From Haliotis cracherodii (taxonomy: Eukaryota), in assembly GCF_022045235.1 (NCBI RefSeq), contig NW_027266267.1, positions 23,746,001 to 23,810,000 of the forward strand: a stretch of 64,000 nt of DNA. The letters run 5' to 3'. The position numbers were made by a program, and so were the translations under genes. How positions within the stretch are numbered: the stretch's first letter is position 1; the number at the start of each line of letters is the position of its first letter. This document shows, one piece after another, positions 11,664 through 25,936 of this stretch. The notes below the pieces were generated by a model. It was not told the origin of the DNA, did not search any database, and saw nothing but the letters and a program-made list of their open reading frames with translations.

Positions 11664-14600
11664 AGTGGTATTTCTATTGAGGAACTTTCAGTGTCCAAAA
11701 TAACTGAAATTGTATGCATAATATATGTTCATGTCTTTTAACAATATGTCATACTCATAGTCACATAATACCAATAAATCAGTGAATATTTAAATCTGAA
11801 TTTGTTTTTTTAAAAGGTTGTTTGATTTGTTCAAGAAGGGTACCATGTACGATGACACGCTTTAAGTCAAATTACAGAATCTGACCAGTATTTTCAGTCT
11901 GTGTAATCCACAGAGGGACACTCGTGTCATGAGTTCATGAGTATCGGTACAAACGGTATTGTCGATGTGGGCTAGTAGCACTTAGACACTTGATGTCAAC
12001 AAGGCTAGATAACTGCTTGGAATGACATGAAAAAGGGTCTTTCAGGAAATGATTGCAGTTGATAAATGAGTGATACTAGTTTAATCTCATGTTTCTCATT
12101 TGACAACATACCTATCTTTGAACCACTCATCATGAGAATAACATCCAAAATGTTGTTTCCTCAAAATGTATTTACTATGCCGAAAGGGTGTCTGTTCGTA
12201 GTACATTACATTGAAACCTATAAAGGGTGTATTTGTAAGTGGCCATGTCAATAGTTGAAATCAATACCCCAAAAAAATAAACACACGCGTCGTCTAGAAG
12301 TATCTTTCATATTTTTCAGTGTTCCATCGGGGTTGAATAGCAACCTGCTATCTGAGAGTATATCAACATTTTCATTAGAATGTATGTGTTCGATATTTGA
12401 CGCCTCACAGCACTACTCCTGCCATACGATGGGGTTCTGAAAAGGCAGTCGAAAATACCGGTGCTAGTTTCTCGTGCATCAGTTAGTCTCACTGGAAAAG
12501 GCTTGTCTGAAAGGAATAGGACAGAGTTTTAGTCTAATGCTTCGTGTCCGTCACGCCCTGCCGGAGACGTGTAAAACGTTAGGTGCCGTTTACCGCGGTC
12601 GAACCCTTGAGCCACTTTCGGCTATTTGAAGTTGGAAGTCACATGGACTGGTATTCTACAGTTTCTTACACATGTCACTTGCTATACACTTTAAACCATC
12701 TCCGTGGTGTATTTGATAGAACATCTACCCAGACAGCGGATAGTCAGTAGTTCAATTCCCTGACAGCTGTATACCAAAATATATGTAAATATGTTATAAT
12801 TACTTGTTACCCTTCCAGGTTTTGGGGTGATTAGTCAAGAACTTGTCGGCCTTGAGTATAACGTACCCGGGTGGGTTATCAATGTTTATCTGTCGCATGC
12901 ACGCACGAACGCACGCACGCACGCAATAGCATTTAGGTGTGATGTCATAGGGGATAGGTGACGTCACGTTCAATAGTGACGTCATCTGGTTTGTTCTCTG
13001 ACGTTTTCATATTTGCAAAGTGGGTCAGTGACATTTCTGTTGATTGCAGTAAATGTTTTAAAACCGATATTGTTGTTACTTTTTATTTGATAACAAATTC
13101 CATTTTTCTGGGCATTATCATTTGCAGAAGAAGCCAGTCTTCGTCAGGCAGTTAATGGAAGACCTCGGGCTTCTGCAAATGATGATGCCCTGAAAAATAG
13201 CGTTACCCTTATAATACTGATTGGGGCGGTCGGGTAGCCTAGTGGTTAAAGTGTTCGCTCGTCACGCCAAAGCCCCGGGTTCGATATCCGACATGGGTAC
13301 GATGTGTGAAGCCCATTTTTGGTGTCCCCCGCTGTGATATTGCTGGAATATTGCAAAAAGCGGCGTAAAACCATACTCACTCACTCACTATAATACTAAT
13401 CAACTTAACAGACTCGCGTTGCCTCCTGACGTACAGGCATTAGCCGGTAGTTACACATTACATTTATCACACATTTCCCTGTTTAACACACGCAGTAATG
13501 ATACGAGCTTCACACTCTCTTAGGTGTTTCGATTGCATCTTTATTCCAAGCTGTCTCAGATGTGTCACTTGACTCAGAGAAGTGACTCACTACTCCTCAT
13601 TAGTTTTCAGGATGTGTGAAAGAATAAATATTGCTTTACGCCGCATCAGCAATATTACAGTTAGTCGCGTCGAGAAACAGTATGTGCTTATCAAGAAATG
13701 TTATATAAGGATGATGTTATATAAGTCCGTGTGACAGTTTACTGATGCTGTGGCAACTGGCAAATTTGTCATTTTAGTGGTTGTTTCAGAAGGCGTTCTG
13801 GTGATTGAAGCATAGGTTTCTTTAGGTTCTGAGGTTGGCATCGACAAAACTAGGTTTGTGAATTGTATTTTGTTTATTTCCATTTGCTGTTTCTAGATTG
13901 GACAGTTTTTAGAGAAAGGTGGGTGATCACCTCAGCAGTTCATGCCTTTTTTATAAAGGCTGTCGCAATCTTCTGTTACGTGTGTTTTCTCCCAATGTGC
14001 AAGTTCTTACGTGATGTCCATACTTTTGACATTTGAAGCACCTCAAAGGGTTAGGAATGAAGATGCAAACCTTATGAATGCAATAGCCTGGTTTAAATGA
14101 TTTGTATGCAGTAAGGGCAGAAAACGAAAAGATGTATGTGTTTGTTTCAACAGTCTCGTTGTCTTTTCGCATTGTGAATTGTTTGGCATATGCCACTCAT
14201 TGATCTTTCATTTCAGAAACAATATCAATAATATCAGCAAACAGTTGATCCCAGTCTCGTACAATACCTCTGCTGGTGTTCAGTGTTCTGTGAGGACACA
14301 CCAGAAAAGGGACTGCAACAAATCTGTTGCCAATTCGCAACAGATTAGTTGCTTGTTGTTTTCTATTATATTCAAGTGATAGGGTCCTTGTGTGCAAGCG
14401 TTTAATGTTCTTAACTTCTCCTGGAGTGTCATGAAGACGAAGCCAATGACAACTTGATCTTGGACTTGCAGCACCAAGAATATTTGGACGACATTCACAT
14501 TGAGAAAAGTCAAAAGATAACTTTTTAACAAGATCGGCCTCTGCGCCACAGCCTTCTGGCACTGACATTTAGGTAATGTTTGTATTTAAGAAGTAGAGTT

Positions 14601-16847
14601 GAAATAAATGAACATGAATAATCAAACATTTCCATTTTACATATACACTTCCAAGTCAAATAGTGATAGAACAAGAAGAGAAAGGTGTCCATAGCATGAC
14701 CAGCCAATTGATAGGGCGGGGCCTATCCTGATAACCGTCCAGGCAACATAAGGGTCATGTACAGGGGTGTATTGCATAAAGGGACCAGTACCTCAACTAC
14801 TAGAATCCCATCCTCCACCGAGTACTTCGTGTGAAAAACTTAGCAATTTTTATTTTTTTCGGGGGGGGGAGGGGGGGGGGGGGGGGAGAATATAGAAACT
14901 TAGGTTAATCTTTTGTTGATTGGTAATACCCTACACTGGATGAGTTCACCAGTTAACGATCATAACGATCACATTGCCCTCGGTATCCAAAAGTATGATA
15001 CTGGTCATATTGGCGCAGGTATTAAAATGGCTGTAGTATCCTTAAGTCTGATACTGGAGATATTTCCTCACGTATCCTAAATTGTCTCATAATTGTCCTA
15101 TTACCTCAGATGTCTTAAGTCTGATACTGGTCAATGACCAAATTGAGCAACGCGTTGCTCTCCCTATTCGAACTTTGACCAGAGTAGCATGGGCACTAGT
15201 GGCGGAAAGCCCAATATCTCAGCTTTTTAAGGTGTCACAACTCTGATTTTCACCTTTTAACGCATAAAGAAGAGTCATCAGAAAGATGATATTTCCGGCA
15301 GCTGTCTGTAAAGTAACCAGAAATAAATGTGGAAATCTGGGTCAAGAGCTGAATGTTCTTGAAAAAGCATACATGTTTTTCCCACAAAAGATGCACCATG
15401 GTCGCTTCCGTGAAACTAGCAATCGTGTCCTTGTCCAATTTCTTTCCATAAAGATTTGTAAAAATATATATTTTAAATATTAAAAAATAGCAAAAGGCAC
15501 CACTTCATCATATGACTGATACATCTTTCAAGTTTCGAGCAAATATACTGAATGGCTTACGAATTCTGCCCCGGAAGCGAACCCCATCACCAATGGAGTC
15601 TAAGTCCAACTTCTGTCCCTAAATTTTATTTTATTTTAAAAATTCAAAAAATTCCATGATAGATTTTCCAAGTTTCTATCAGTTACACTGAATAGTTTTC
15701 GATTTCTGCCCCAGTAAAGGAAATGATTTCGGACAGACGGACAGACAGACGGACGGACGAACAGACAGACTGACGTCTTATAGAAACAGTTAGCATGTGT
15801 GAATAGTACTAATGAAAGTGTATTCTATCAGTTCCTTAAAGTCACAACTTTTAACAATAGTCAGAAATAAACATCTGAAAGAAACACCAGAAATTGGATG
15901 AAACAATTGTTGGGATTGAATGGAAAATAAAGTAAGTCTTCTCATGGCTAAACTTCATAATGCATGATGAGTGACTTTAATTTCGTTGATTAGTAATGCT
16001 CTACACGAGAGGAGACCATCAGGCCATGTCATTTTATAAGGTATCCCAAAGTCTATAGATCAAATTGCCTCATGTATCCCAAAGTCTAATAAGGTCATAT
16101 TTCCTCGCGTATCCAAAAGAGTAATAATTGTCATATTTCCTCAGATATTTTGAATTCAAACAATTATGGGTAAATAAAGTCACGTTAAGGGATCAACCGT
16201 ATAATATATTCAGTTATGGTGTGGTAAAATACATGAATATTTATTTTGTCACTGCTTCAAGGGGGACACAGGTGGCTAAGGTGTCTAAGGCGCCGCGATT
16301 AGCTGTGCAGAATTGCGACCCTTGGGTACGTCAGGAACCTATGATTGTTGGTTCGAAACCCGGTTCGCCCCGATCATGTTTTTAGATTTGTCAGCACCAT
16401 ACCCGTGCTCGTGGGTTTCACCGAAGTGGTAAACGTCTGAGACCTGCATCACTTTGGGCTTTCCTCCCACACTAAGCTGATACGCCGTGATATAACTGGA
16501 ATACTGTTAAAAGCGGCATTAAACCCAACTCACTGACTGCTACAAGATGCAAGGCGCAAAATAGTTAAATATTTAAAAAAGGTGTTTAAACACGTTCTCT
16601 GATGAAGCGTGTGTCACTGGGTGGCAACGTGGAACAGATGTTCGCACATTTCTTGGCCAATGAGTGCAATGCAGTACAAGTCGATACAGATACATGGTAA
16701 GGGCTGAGAGTTTTCTGATACAGTTATGGAACATGTCTACTATTTCAATTTACACACATTACCTCTATAAAAGAAAGGTATACTTACCACATCATAGTGT
16801 AGTTGTAAACCACATCACTATTGAGTATCAAGAACATTGTATCAAAC

Positions 16848-17501
16848 ATGAGTCGCAGATTTACTCTCCACTCAGAGGTCAGCAGTATTTTAGAAGAGGA
16901 AGATAGCTTCAACCTTGCTGTTATTGGAGATAGCAGTGTAGGAAAGTCAACCTTAATCTGCAGACTCATCAAACACTGGACAGAACAGAGCAGCAAATCC
17001 CACAAGAAAAGTAAGAAACGTGGTAACGCTCGAGTTGATCTTGGAATCAAAGGGCGAAGTCTGACAGTCGATATTGTGGACACATCCACAACGAAGACCT
17101 GCACCTTACTGCGGGGACTCCCCTCCATTGATGTATACGTGTTGGTGTACTCGCTGGTGTGTGATGACTCCTTTGAGTCTGTGGTAGCAGCCAGGGACCA
17201 GATCCTCCAGCAACAGGGACCTTCAGTCCCAATAGTTTTCGTGGCCAACAAGACAGACATCGCTGACTCTGTAGATAAGACCGAGAGAATGTCCCGAGAT
17301 CTGAACATTAACTGTGAATGGGAACATGGACACGTGGAGATCTCGGCTGAGAAGGACCTTAGTGTCTTGCAGGTACTGGAACAGATTATGAAGCGACATC
17401 ATAAACATGTTTCTGTAACTGATGAAAAAAAGACGCACTCACGTCTTTCTAAAAAGTTGCGATCAATCAAAAATTTCTTTTTAAGGAATAGACGACGTTA
17501 A
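16848..17501 (+). CDS. Atypical Ras-like GTPase, copy 3
   Basis: Intact frame, same motifs; switch II region TCTLLRGLPSI. Confidence 0.8.
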   Translation: MSRRFTLHSEVSSILEEEDSFNLAVIGDSSVGKSTLICRLIKHWTEQSSKSHKKSKKRGNARVDLGIKGRSLTVDIVDTSTTKTCTLLRGLPSIDVYVLVYSLVCDDSFESVVAARDQILQQQGPSVPIVFVANKTDIADSVDKTERMSRDLNINCEWEHGHVEISAEKDLSVLQVLEQIMKRHHKHVSVTDEKKTHSRLSKKLRSIKNFFLRNRRR

Positions 17502-18153
17502 AGTGGTATTTCTATTGAGGAACTTTCAGTGTCCAAAATAACTGAAATTGTATGCATAATATATGTTCATGTCTTTTAACAATATGTCATACTCATAGTC
17601 ACATAATACCAATAAATCAGTGAATATTTAAATCTGAATTTGTTTTTTTAAAAGGTTGTTTGATTTGTTCAAGAAGGGTACCATGTACGATGACACGCTT
17701 TAAGTCAAATCACAGAATCTGACCAGTATTTTCAGTCTGTGTAATCCACAGAGGGACTCTCGTGTCATGAGTTCATGAGTATCGGTACAAACGGTATTGT
17801 CGATGTGGGCTAGTAGCACTTAGACACTTGATGTCAACAAGGCTAGATAACTGCTTGGAATGACATGAAAAAGGGTCTTTCAGGAAATGATTGCAGTTGA
17901 TAAATGAGTGATACTAGTTTAATCTCATGTTTCTCATTTGACAACATACCTATCTTTGAACCACTCATCATGAGAATAACATCCAAAATGTTGTTTCCTC
18001 AAAATGTATTTACTATGCCGAAAGGGTGTCTGTTCGTAGTACATTACATTGAAACCTATAAAGGGTGTATTTGTAAGTGGCCATGCCAATAGTTGAAATC
18101 AGTACCCAAAAAAATAAACACACGCGTCGTCTAGTAGTATCTTTCATATTTTT

Positions 18154-19701
18154 TAGGTATAGGATAAAGCACGAATCCGAGGTTATGCTTGGGGATGTAA
18201 AACCCGAGGCGACAGGGGAGAGAAAATGTAAGACCGAGGGCGAAGCCCCGAGGTCTTACATTTGGAATCCCCGATCACCGAGTGTTTTACATCCCGAGGC
18301 ATAACCGAGGAGGAGTGTTGTATCTAGCTTAGAAACCGTGGGGAAACTGAAAATTTCGAGTGTATGAGAACTACGTTTTGATTCCCTGTACTGACGTAAG
18401 TTATAGAAAGTTGATCAGATCATGCATGTGCCGATTATCACGCACTGCACGTGCAGATTGCTGGTACTTGGGAGAGGTTTTACAATTGTCATGTCACGTG
18501 ACTAGGACGTAACCAAACATATCCTAGCTCACCGGATTATCACGCACTGCACGTGCAGATTGCCGATACTTGTGAGAGGTTTTACAATTGTCATGTCACG
18601 TGACCAGCTTCTTTTTAAACGTGCGCATTTCCACAGTAACCACACACTTTTACCGTGAACACGATGAGCGACGAGGACATCTTTCTAACCCATGCTCAGA
18701 AAATGGACACTTTCTACTACTTGCCATTAGCGAAACCCAAGGCAGACAGATGGTTCAGCAATTTCCCGATAGGACACAACACGCTTCAAAGCATAATCAA
18801 GCGACTGTGTCGGAATGCAGGAATCGAGGGAAAGCGAACAAATCACTCTCTCAGGGCAACTTCTGCCACCAGACTATACAGAGCCAACGTTAATGGGGAG
18901 CAGACAGGTAAAGCAACATTTTACGGATTGAAGTTTTAAAAAAAATATTTTTACTTCCAAATTGGTGGCAAAGATAACATACAAATTATTTGTGGGCAAC
19001 TATTTTGGAGTAGTGTTATCATTTGAAAGGTACAATTGATAGCGTATATGTTTCAGGCCATCGAAGCGAAACTGTGCGCACTTATAATCGGACATCCGAA
19101 GATCAGAAACTGCTGGTGTCGTACATCATCTATGGTGGTGGAAAGCAGAAAAAGTCTGTTACTGCCACTGCCACGAGACCACCTCCAGATGATGCTACTG
19201 CGCCGCCGTCAGTTGCTACTGCTACTGCTATTCCGTCATCTGCAGCACCGCCACCAGCCGTTTCCAGCGAAATTGTCTCTGATCACGACTTGCGAGAGAA
19301 AACCAAAAAAGACGCTTCGCGGAACATTTGTGTCACATTCAACTTCAGCTGAACTGTAAATGGCATGGTTAATGGCATCTCAGAATAAACATTCTTGAAA
19401 TTGAAACATGTGTGTGTTGATTTATTTTAAAGAACTAATCCGCTACCCCACGCCTGGTTTGCGCCATGGGTCAGGTTAATAAATCTGTTGGTAAAACCTC
19501 AAGTGAGGGGCAGGTCAATAAACAACCTGAACAACTCTACCAGAAAGGGACAAGTTAATATATCTTCAGTATGGACCTCCCTCTGATCAGCAAGTATACT
19601 TGTTGGATAATCAGTAGTGAGCGGTTCATGCAGACTGGCGGTCATTCCACGATAGCAATGCACCCACGAAACAATAGACATAATTTACCCTAGGTTTCTA
19701 A
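18154..19701 (+). mobile_element. Crypton-like element, second copy, both ends present
   Basis: Same ends and hairpin; spliced frame 18664-18907 + 19057-19352 is open (179 aa). Confidence 0.85.
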
Positions 19702-21936
19702 TGTTCCATCAGTGTTGAATAGCAACCTGCTATCTGAGAGTATATTGACCTAACATTTTAATTGGAATGTATGTGTTTGATGTTTGACGCCACACAGCAC
19801 TACTCCTGCCATACGATGGGGTTCTGAAAAGGCAGTCGAAAATACCGGTGTTAGTATCTGGTGCATCTGTGAGTCTCACTGGAAAAGGTTTGTCTGAAAG
19901 GAATAGGACAGAGTTTTAGTCTAATCTTTCGTGTCCGTCACGCCCTGCCGGAGACTTGTAAAACGTTAGCTGCCGTTTACCGCGGTCGAACCCTTGAGAC
20001 ACCTTCGGCTATTTGAAGTTGGAAATCACATGGACTGGTATTCTACAGTTTCTTACACATGTCATTGTTATACACCTTAAACTGCCTCCGTGGTGTATTT
20101 GATAGAACATCTACCCAGACAGCGGATAGTCAGTAGTTCAATTCCCTGACCGCTGTATACCAAAATATATGTAAATATGTTATAATTACTGGTTACCCTT
20201 CCGGGTTTAGGGGGATTAGTCAAGAACTTGTCGGCCTGGAGTATGATGTACCCGGGTGGGTTATCAATGTTAATCGGACGCACGGAAGCACGAACGCAGG
20301 CACGCACGCAATAGCATTTAGGTGACGTCATAGGGGGATAGGTGACGTCACGTTCAATAGTGACGTCATCTGGTTTGTTCTCTGACGTTTCCATATTTGT
20401 AAAAGTGGGTCAGTGATATTTGTGTTGATTGCAGTAAATGTTTTTATTTGATAACAAATTCCATTTTTCTTGGCATTATCATTTGTAGAAGAAGCCAGTC
20501 TTCGTCGGGCAGTTAATGGAAGACCTCGGGCTTCTGCAAATGATGATACCCTGAAAAATAGCGTTACCCTTATAATACTAATTGGGGCGGTCGGGTAGCC
20601 TAGTGGTTAAAGCATTCGCTCGTCACGCCGAAGACCCGGGTTCGATTCCCGACATGGGTACAATGTGTGAAGCCCATTTTTGGTGTCCCCCGCTGTGAAA
20701 TTGCTGGGATATTGCTTAAAGCGGCGTACAACCATACTCAATCACTCACTCACTATAATATTAATCAACTAAACAGAATCGCGTTGCCTCCTGACGTACA
20801 GACATTAGCCGGTAGTTACACATTACATTTATCACACATTCCCCTGTTTAACACACCCAGTGCTTCACACTCTCTTAAGTGTTTCGATAGCAGCTTTATC
20901 CAAACTGTGTCAGTGTGTCAATTGACTCAGAGAAGTGACTCACTACTCCATCATTAGTTTTCAGGATGTGTGAAAGAATAAATATTGCTTTAAGCCGCAC
21001 CAGCAATATTACAGTTAGTCGCGTCGAGAACCAGTATGTGTATATAAAAAATTGTTATATAAGGTCCGTGTGACAGTTTACTGATGCTATGGCAACTGGC
21101 AAATTTGTAATTTTAGTGGTTGTTTCAGAAGGGGTTCTGGTGATTGAAGCATAGGTTTCTTTAGGTTCTGAGGTTGGCATCGACAAAACTAAGTTTGTGA
21201 ATTGTATTTTGTTTATTTCCATTTGCTGTTTCTAGATTGGACAGTTTTTAGAGAAAGATGGGTGATAACCTCAGCAGTTCATGCCTTTTTAATAAATGCT
21301 GTCGCAATCTTCCTTTACGTGTGTTTTCTCCCAATGTGCAAGTACTCACGTGATGTCCACACTTTTGACATTTGAAGCACCTCAAAGGGTTAGGAATGAA
21401 GATGCAAACCTTGTGAATGCAATAGCCTGGTTTGACTGACTTGTGTGCAGTAGGAACAGAAAACGAAAAGATATATATGTTTGTTTCAACAGTCTCGTTG
21501 TCTTTTCGCATTGTGAATTGTTTGGCATATGCCAATCATTGATCTTTCATTTCAGAAACAATATCAATAATATCAGCAAACAATCGATCCCAGTCTCTTA
21601 CAATACCTCTGCTGGTGTTCAGTGTTCTGTGAGGACACACCAGAAAAGGGACTGCAACAAATCTGTTGCCAATTCGCAACAGATTAATTGCTTGTTGTTT
21701 TCTATTATATTCAAGTGATAGGGACCTTGTGTGCAAGCGTTTAATGTTCTTAACTTCTCCTGGAGTGTCATGAAGACGAAGCCAATAACAACTTGATCTT
21801 GGACTTGCAGCACCAAGAATATCCGGATGATCATGACATTCACATGTCAAAGTCAAAAGATAACTTTTTCACCAGATCGGCCTATGCGCCACAGCCTTCT
21901 GGCACTGACATCTAGGTAATGTTTGTATTTAAGAAG

Positions 21937-24611
21937 TAGAGTTAAAAAAGAAATGAACATAAATAATCATTTCCATTTTACATATACACTTCCAAGTCAA
22001 ATAGTGATAGAACAAGAAGGGTGAGGTGTCCATAGCATGACCAGCCAATTAATAGAGCGGGGCCTATCCTAACAACCGTCCAGGCAACATAAGGGTCACA
22101 GGGGTGTATTGCGTAAAGAGACCAGTACCTCAACTACCAGAATCCCATCCAAACTATAGAAACTTAGGTTAATCTTTCGTTGAATGGTAATACTCTACAC
22201 TGGATGAGTTCACCAGTTAACGATCATAACGTCATCAAGTATCATTAAGTATCCTTAAGTCTGATACTGGAGATATTTCCTCACGTATCCTAAAGTATCA
22301 TAATTGTCCTATTACCTCAGATGTCTTGAAGTCTGATACTGGTCAATGACCAAATTGAGCAACGCGTTGCTCTCCCTATTCGAACTTGACCTGAGTAGCG
22401 TGGGCACTAGTGGCGGAAAGCCCAATATCTCAGCTTTTTAAGGTGTCACAACTCTGATTCACACCTTTCAACGCGTAACGAAGAGTCATCAGAAAGATGA
22501 TATTTCCGGCAGCTTTCGGTAAAGTAACCCGAATTTAATGTGCAAATCTGGGTCAAGAGTTGAATGTTCTTGAAAAAGCATACATGTTTTTCCCACAAAA
22601 GATGCACCATGGTCGCTTCCCTGAAACTAGCAATCGTGTCCTTGTCCAACTTCTTTCCATAAAGATTTGTAAAAATCTATATTTTATATATTTCAAAAGA
22701 GCAAAAGGCACCACTTCAGCATATGACTGATACATCTTTCAAGTTTTCGAGCAAATATACTGAATGACTTACGAATTCTGCCCCGGGAACGAACTCCATT
22801 CCCAATGGAGTATATGTCCAACTTGACTAGAGTTAAAAAAGAAATGAACATAAATAATCAAACATTTCCATTTTACATATACACTTTCAAGTCAAATAGT
22901 GATAGAACAAGAAGGGTGAGGTGTCCATAGCATGACCAGCCAATTAATAGAGCGGGGCCTATCCTAACAACCGTCCAGGCAACATAAGGGTCACAAGGGT
23001 GTATTGCGTAAAGAGACCAGTACCTCAACTACCAGAATCCCATCCAAACTATAGAAACTTAGGTTAATCTTTCGTTGAATGGTAATACTCTACACTGGAT
23101 GAGTTCACCAGTTAACGATCATAACGTCATCAAGTATCATTAAGTATCCTTAAGTCTGATACTGGAGATATTTCCTCACGTATCCTAAAGTATCATAATT
23201 GTCCTATTACCTCAGATGTCTTGAAGTCTGATACTGGTCAATGACCAAATTGAGCAACGCGTTGCTCTCCCTATTCGAACTTGACCTGAGTAGCGTGGGC
23301 ACTAGTGGCGGAAAGCCCAATATCTCAGCTTTTTAAGGTGTCACAACTCTGATTCACACCTTTCAACGCGTAACGAAGAGTCATCAGAAAGATGATATTT
23401 CCGGAAGGTTTCGGTAGAGTAACCCGAATTTAATGTGCAAATCTGGGTCAAGAGTTGAATGTTCTTGAAAAAGCATACATGTTTTTCCCACAAAAGATGC
23501 ACCATGGTCGCTTCCCTGAAACTAGCAATCGTGTCCTTGTCCAACTTCTTTCCATAAAGATTTGTAAAAATCTATATTTTATATATTTCAAAAGAGCAAA
23601 AGGCACCACTTCAGCATATGACTGATACATCTTTCAAGTTTTCGAGCAAATATACTGAATGACTTACGAATTCTGCCCCGGAAACGAACTCCATTCCCAA
23701 TGGAGTATATGTCCAACTTGACTAGAGTTAAAAAAGAAATGAACATAAATAATCAAACATTTCCATTTTACATATACACTTTCAAGTCAAATAGTGATAG
23801 AACAAGAAGGGTGAGGTGTCCATAGCATGACCAGCCAATTAATAGAGCGGGGCCTATCCTAACAACCGTCCAGGCAACATAAGGGTCACAAGGGTGTATT
23901 GCGTAAAGAGACCAGTACCTCAACTACCAGAATCCCATCCAAACTATAGAAACTTAGGTTAATCTTTCGTTGAATGGTAATACTCTACACTGGATGAGTT
24001 CACCAGTTAACGATCATAACGTCATCAAGTATCATTAAGTATCCTTAAGTCTGATACTGGAGATATTTCCTCACGTATCCTAAAGTATCATAATTGTCCT
24101 ATTACCTCAGATGTCTTGAAGTCTGATACTGGTCAATGACCAAATTGAGCAACGCGTTGCTCTCCCTATTCGAACTTGACCTGAGTAGCGTGGGCACTAG
24201 TGGCGGAAAGCCCAATATCTCAGCTTTTTAAGGTGTCACAACTCTGATTCACACCTTTCAACGCGTAACGAAGAGTCATCAGAAAGATGATATTTCCGGC
24301 AGCTTTCGGTAAAGTAACCCGAATTTAATGTGCAAATCTGGGTCAAGAGTTGAATGTTCTTGAAAAAGCATACATGTTTTTCCAACAAAAGATGCACCAT
24401 GGTCGCTTCCCTGAAACTAGCAATCGTGTCCTTGTCCAACTTCTTTCCATAAAGATTTGTAAAAATCTATATTTTATATATTTCAAAAGAGCAAAAGGCA
24501 CCACTTCAGCATATGACTGATACATCTTTCAAGTTTTCGAGCAAATATACTGAATGACTTACGAATTCTGCCCCGGAAACGAACTCCATTCCCAATGGAG
24601 TCTAAGTCCAA
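21937..24611 (+). repeat. ~895-bp tandem triplication
   Basis: Units start at 21937, 22828 and 23723, with the same junction. Confidence 0.95.
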
Positions 24612-25670
24612 TATCTGTCCCTAAAACTGTTTAAAAAAATAACATTCGAAAAATCCCATGATAGATTTTCCAAGTTTCTATCAAATACACTGAATAGTTT
24701 TCGATTTCTGCCCCAGTAAAGGAAATGATTATGGACAGACAGACGGACAGACGGACGGACGAGCAGACAGACTGACGTCTTATAGAAACAGTTAGAATGT
24801 GTGAATGGTACTAATGAAAGTGTATTCTATCAGTTCTATAAAGTCACAACTTTTAACAATAGTGAGAAATAAACATCTGAAAGAAACACCAGAAATTGGA
24901 TGGAACAATTGTTGGGATTGAATGGAAAATAAAGTAAGTCTTCTCATGGCTAAACTTCATAATGCATGATGAGTGACTTTAATTTCCTTGATTGGTAATG
25001 CTCTACACGAGAGGAGATCATCAGGCTATGTCTTTTTATAAGGTATCCCTAAGCCTTAATATATAGATCAAATTTCTCAGGTATCCCAAAGTCTAATAAG
25101 GTCATATTTCCTTGCGTATCCAAAAAGAGTAATAATTTTCATAGTTCCTCAGATATTTGGAATGCAAACAATTATGGGTAAATAATATATTCAGTAATGG
25201 TGTGGTAAAATATATGAATATTTATTTTGTCACTGCTTCAAAGGGGACACAGGTGGCCAAGTCGTCTAAGGCGCCGCGATTAGCTGTGCAGAATTGCGAC
25301 CCTTGGGTATGTCAGGAACCTATGATTGTTGGTTCGAAACGCGGTCCGCCCCGATCATGTTATTAGATTTGTGAGCACCATACCCGTGCTCATTGGTTTC
25401 ACCGAAGTGGTAAACGTCTGAGACCTGCATCACTTTGGGCTTTCCTCCCACATTAAGCTGATACGCCATGATATAACTGGAATACTGTTAAAAGCGGCAC
25501 TAAAACCAACTCACTGACTACTTCAAAATGCAAGGAACGAAATAGTTAAATATTAAAAAAGGTGTTTAAACACGTTTTCAACTGAAGCGTGTGTCACTAG
25601 ATGGCAACTTGGAACAGATGTTCGCACATTTCTTGGCCAATGAGTACAGATACATGGTAAGGGCTGAGAC

Positions 25671-25936
25671 TGTTCGTGGCCAACAAGACAGACATCGCTG
25701 GCTCTGTAGATAAGACCGAGAGAATGTCCCGAGATCTGAACATTAACTGTGAATGGGAACATGGACACGTAGAGATCTCGGCTGAGAAGGACCTTAGTGT
25801 CTTGCAGGTACTGGAACAGATTATGAAGCGACATCATAAACATGTTTCTGTGACTGATGAAAAAAAGACACACTCACTTCTTTCTAAAAAGTTGCGATCA
25901 ATCAAAAATTTCTTTTTAAGGAATAGACGACGTTAA
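25671..25936 (+). pseudogene. Ras-like GTPase, copy 4, 5'-deleted pseudogene
   Basis: Junction gggctgaga-c-tgttcgtggccaac removes ~530 bp including the TATA box, ATG and G1-G3. The upstream ATG at 25654 is out of frame. Confidence 0.85.
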
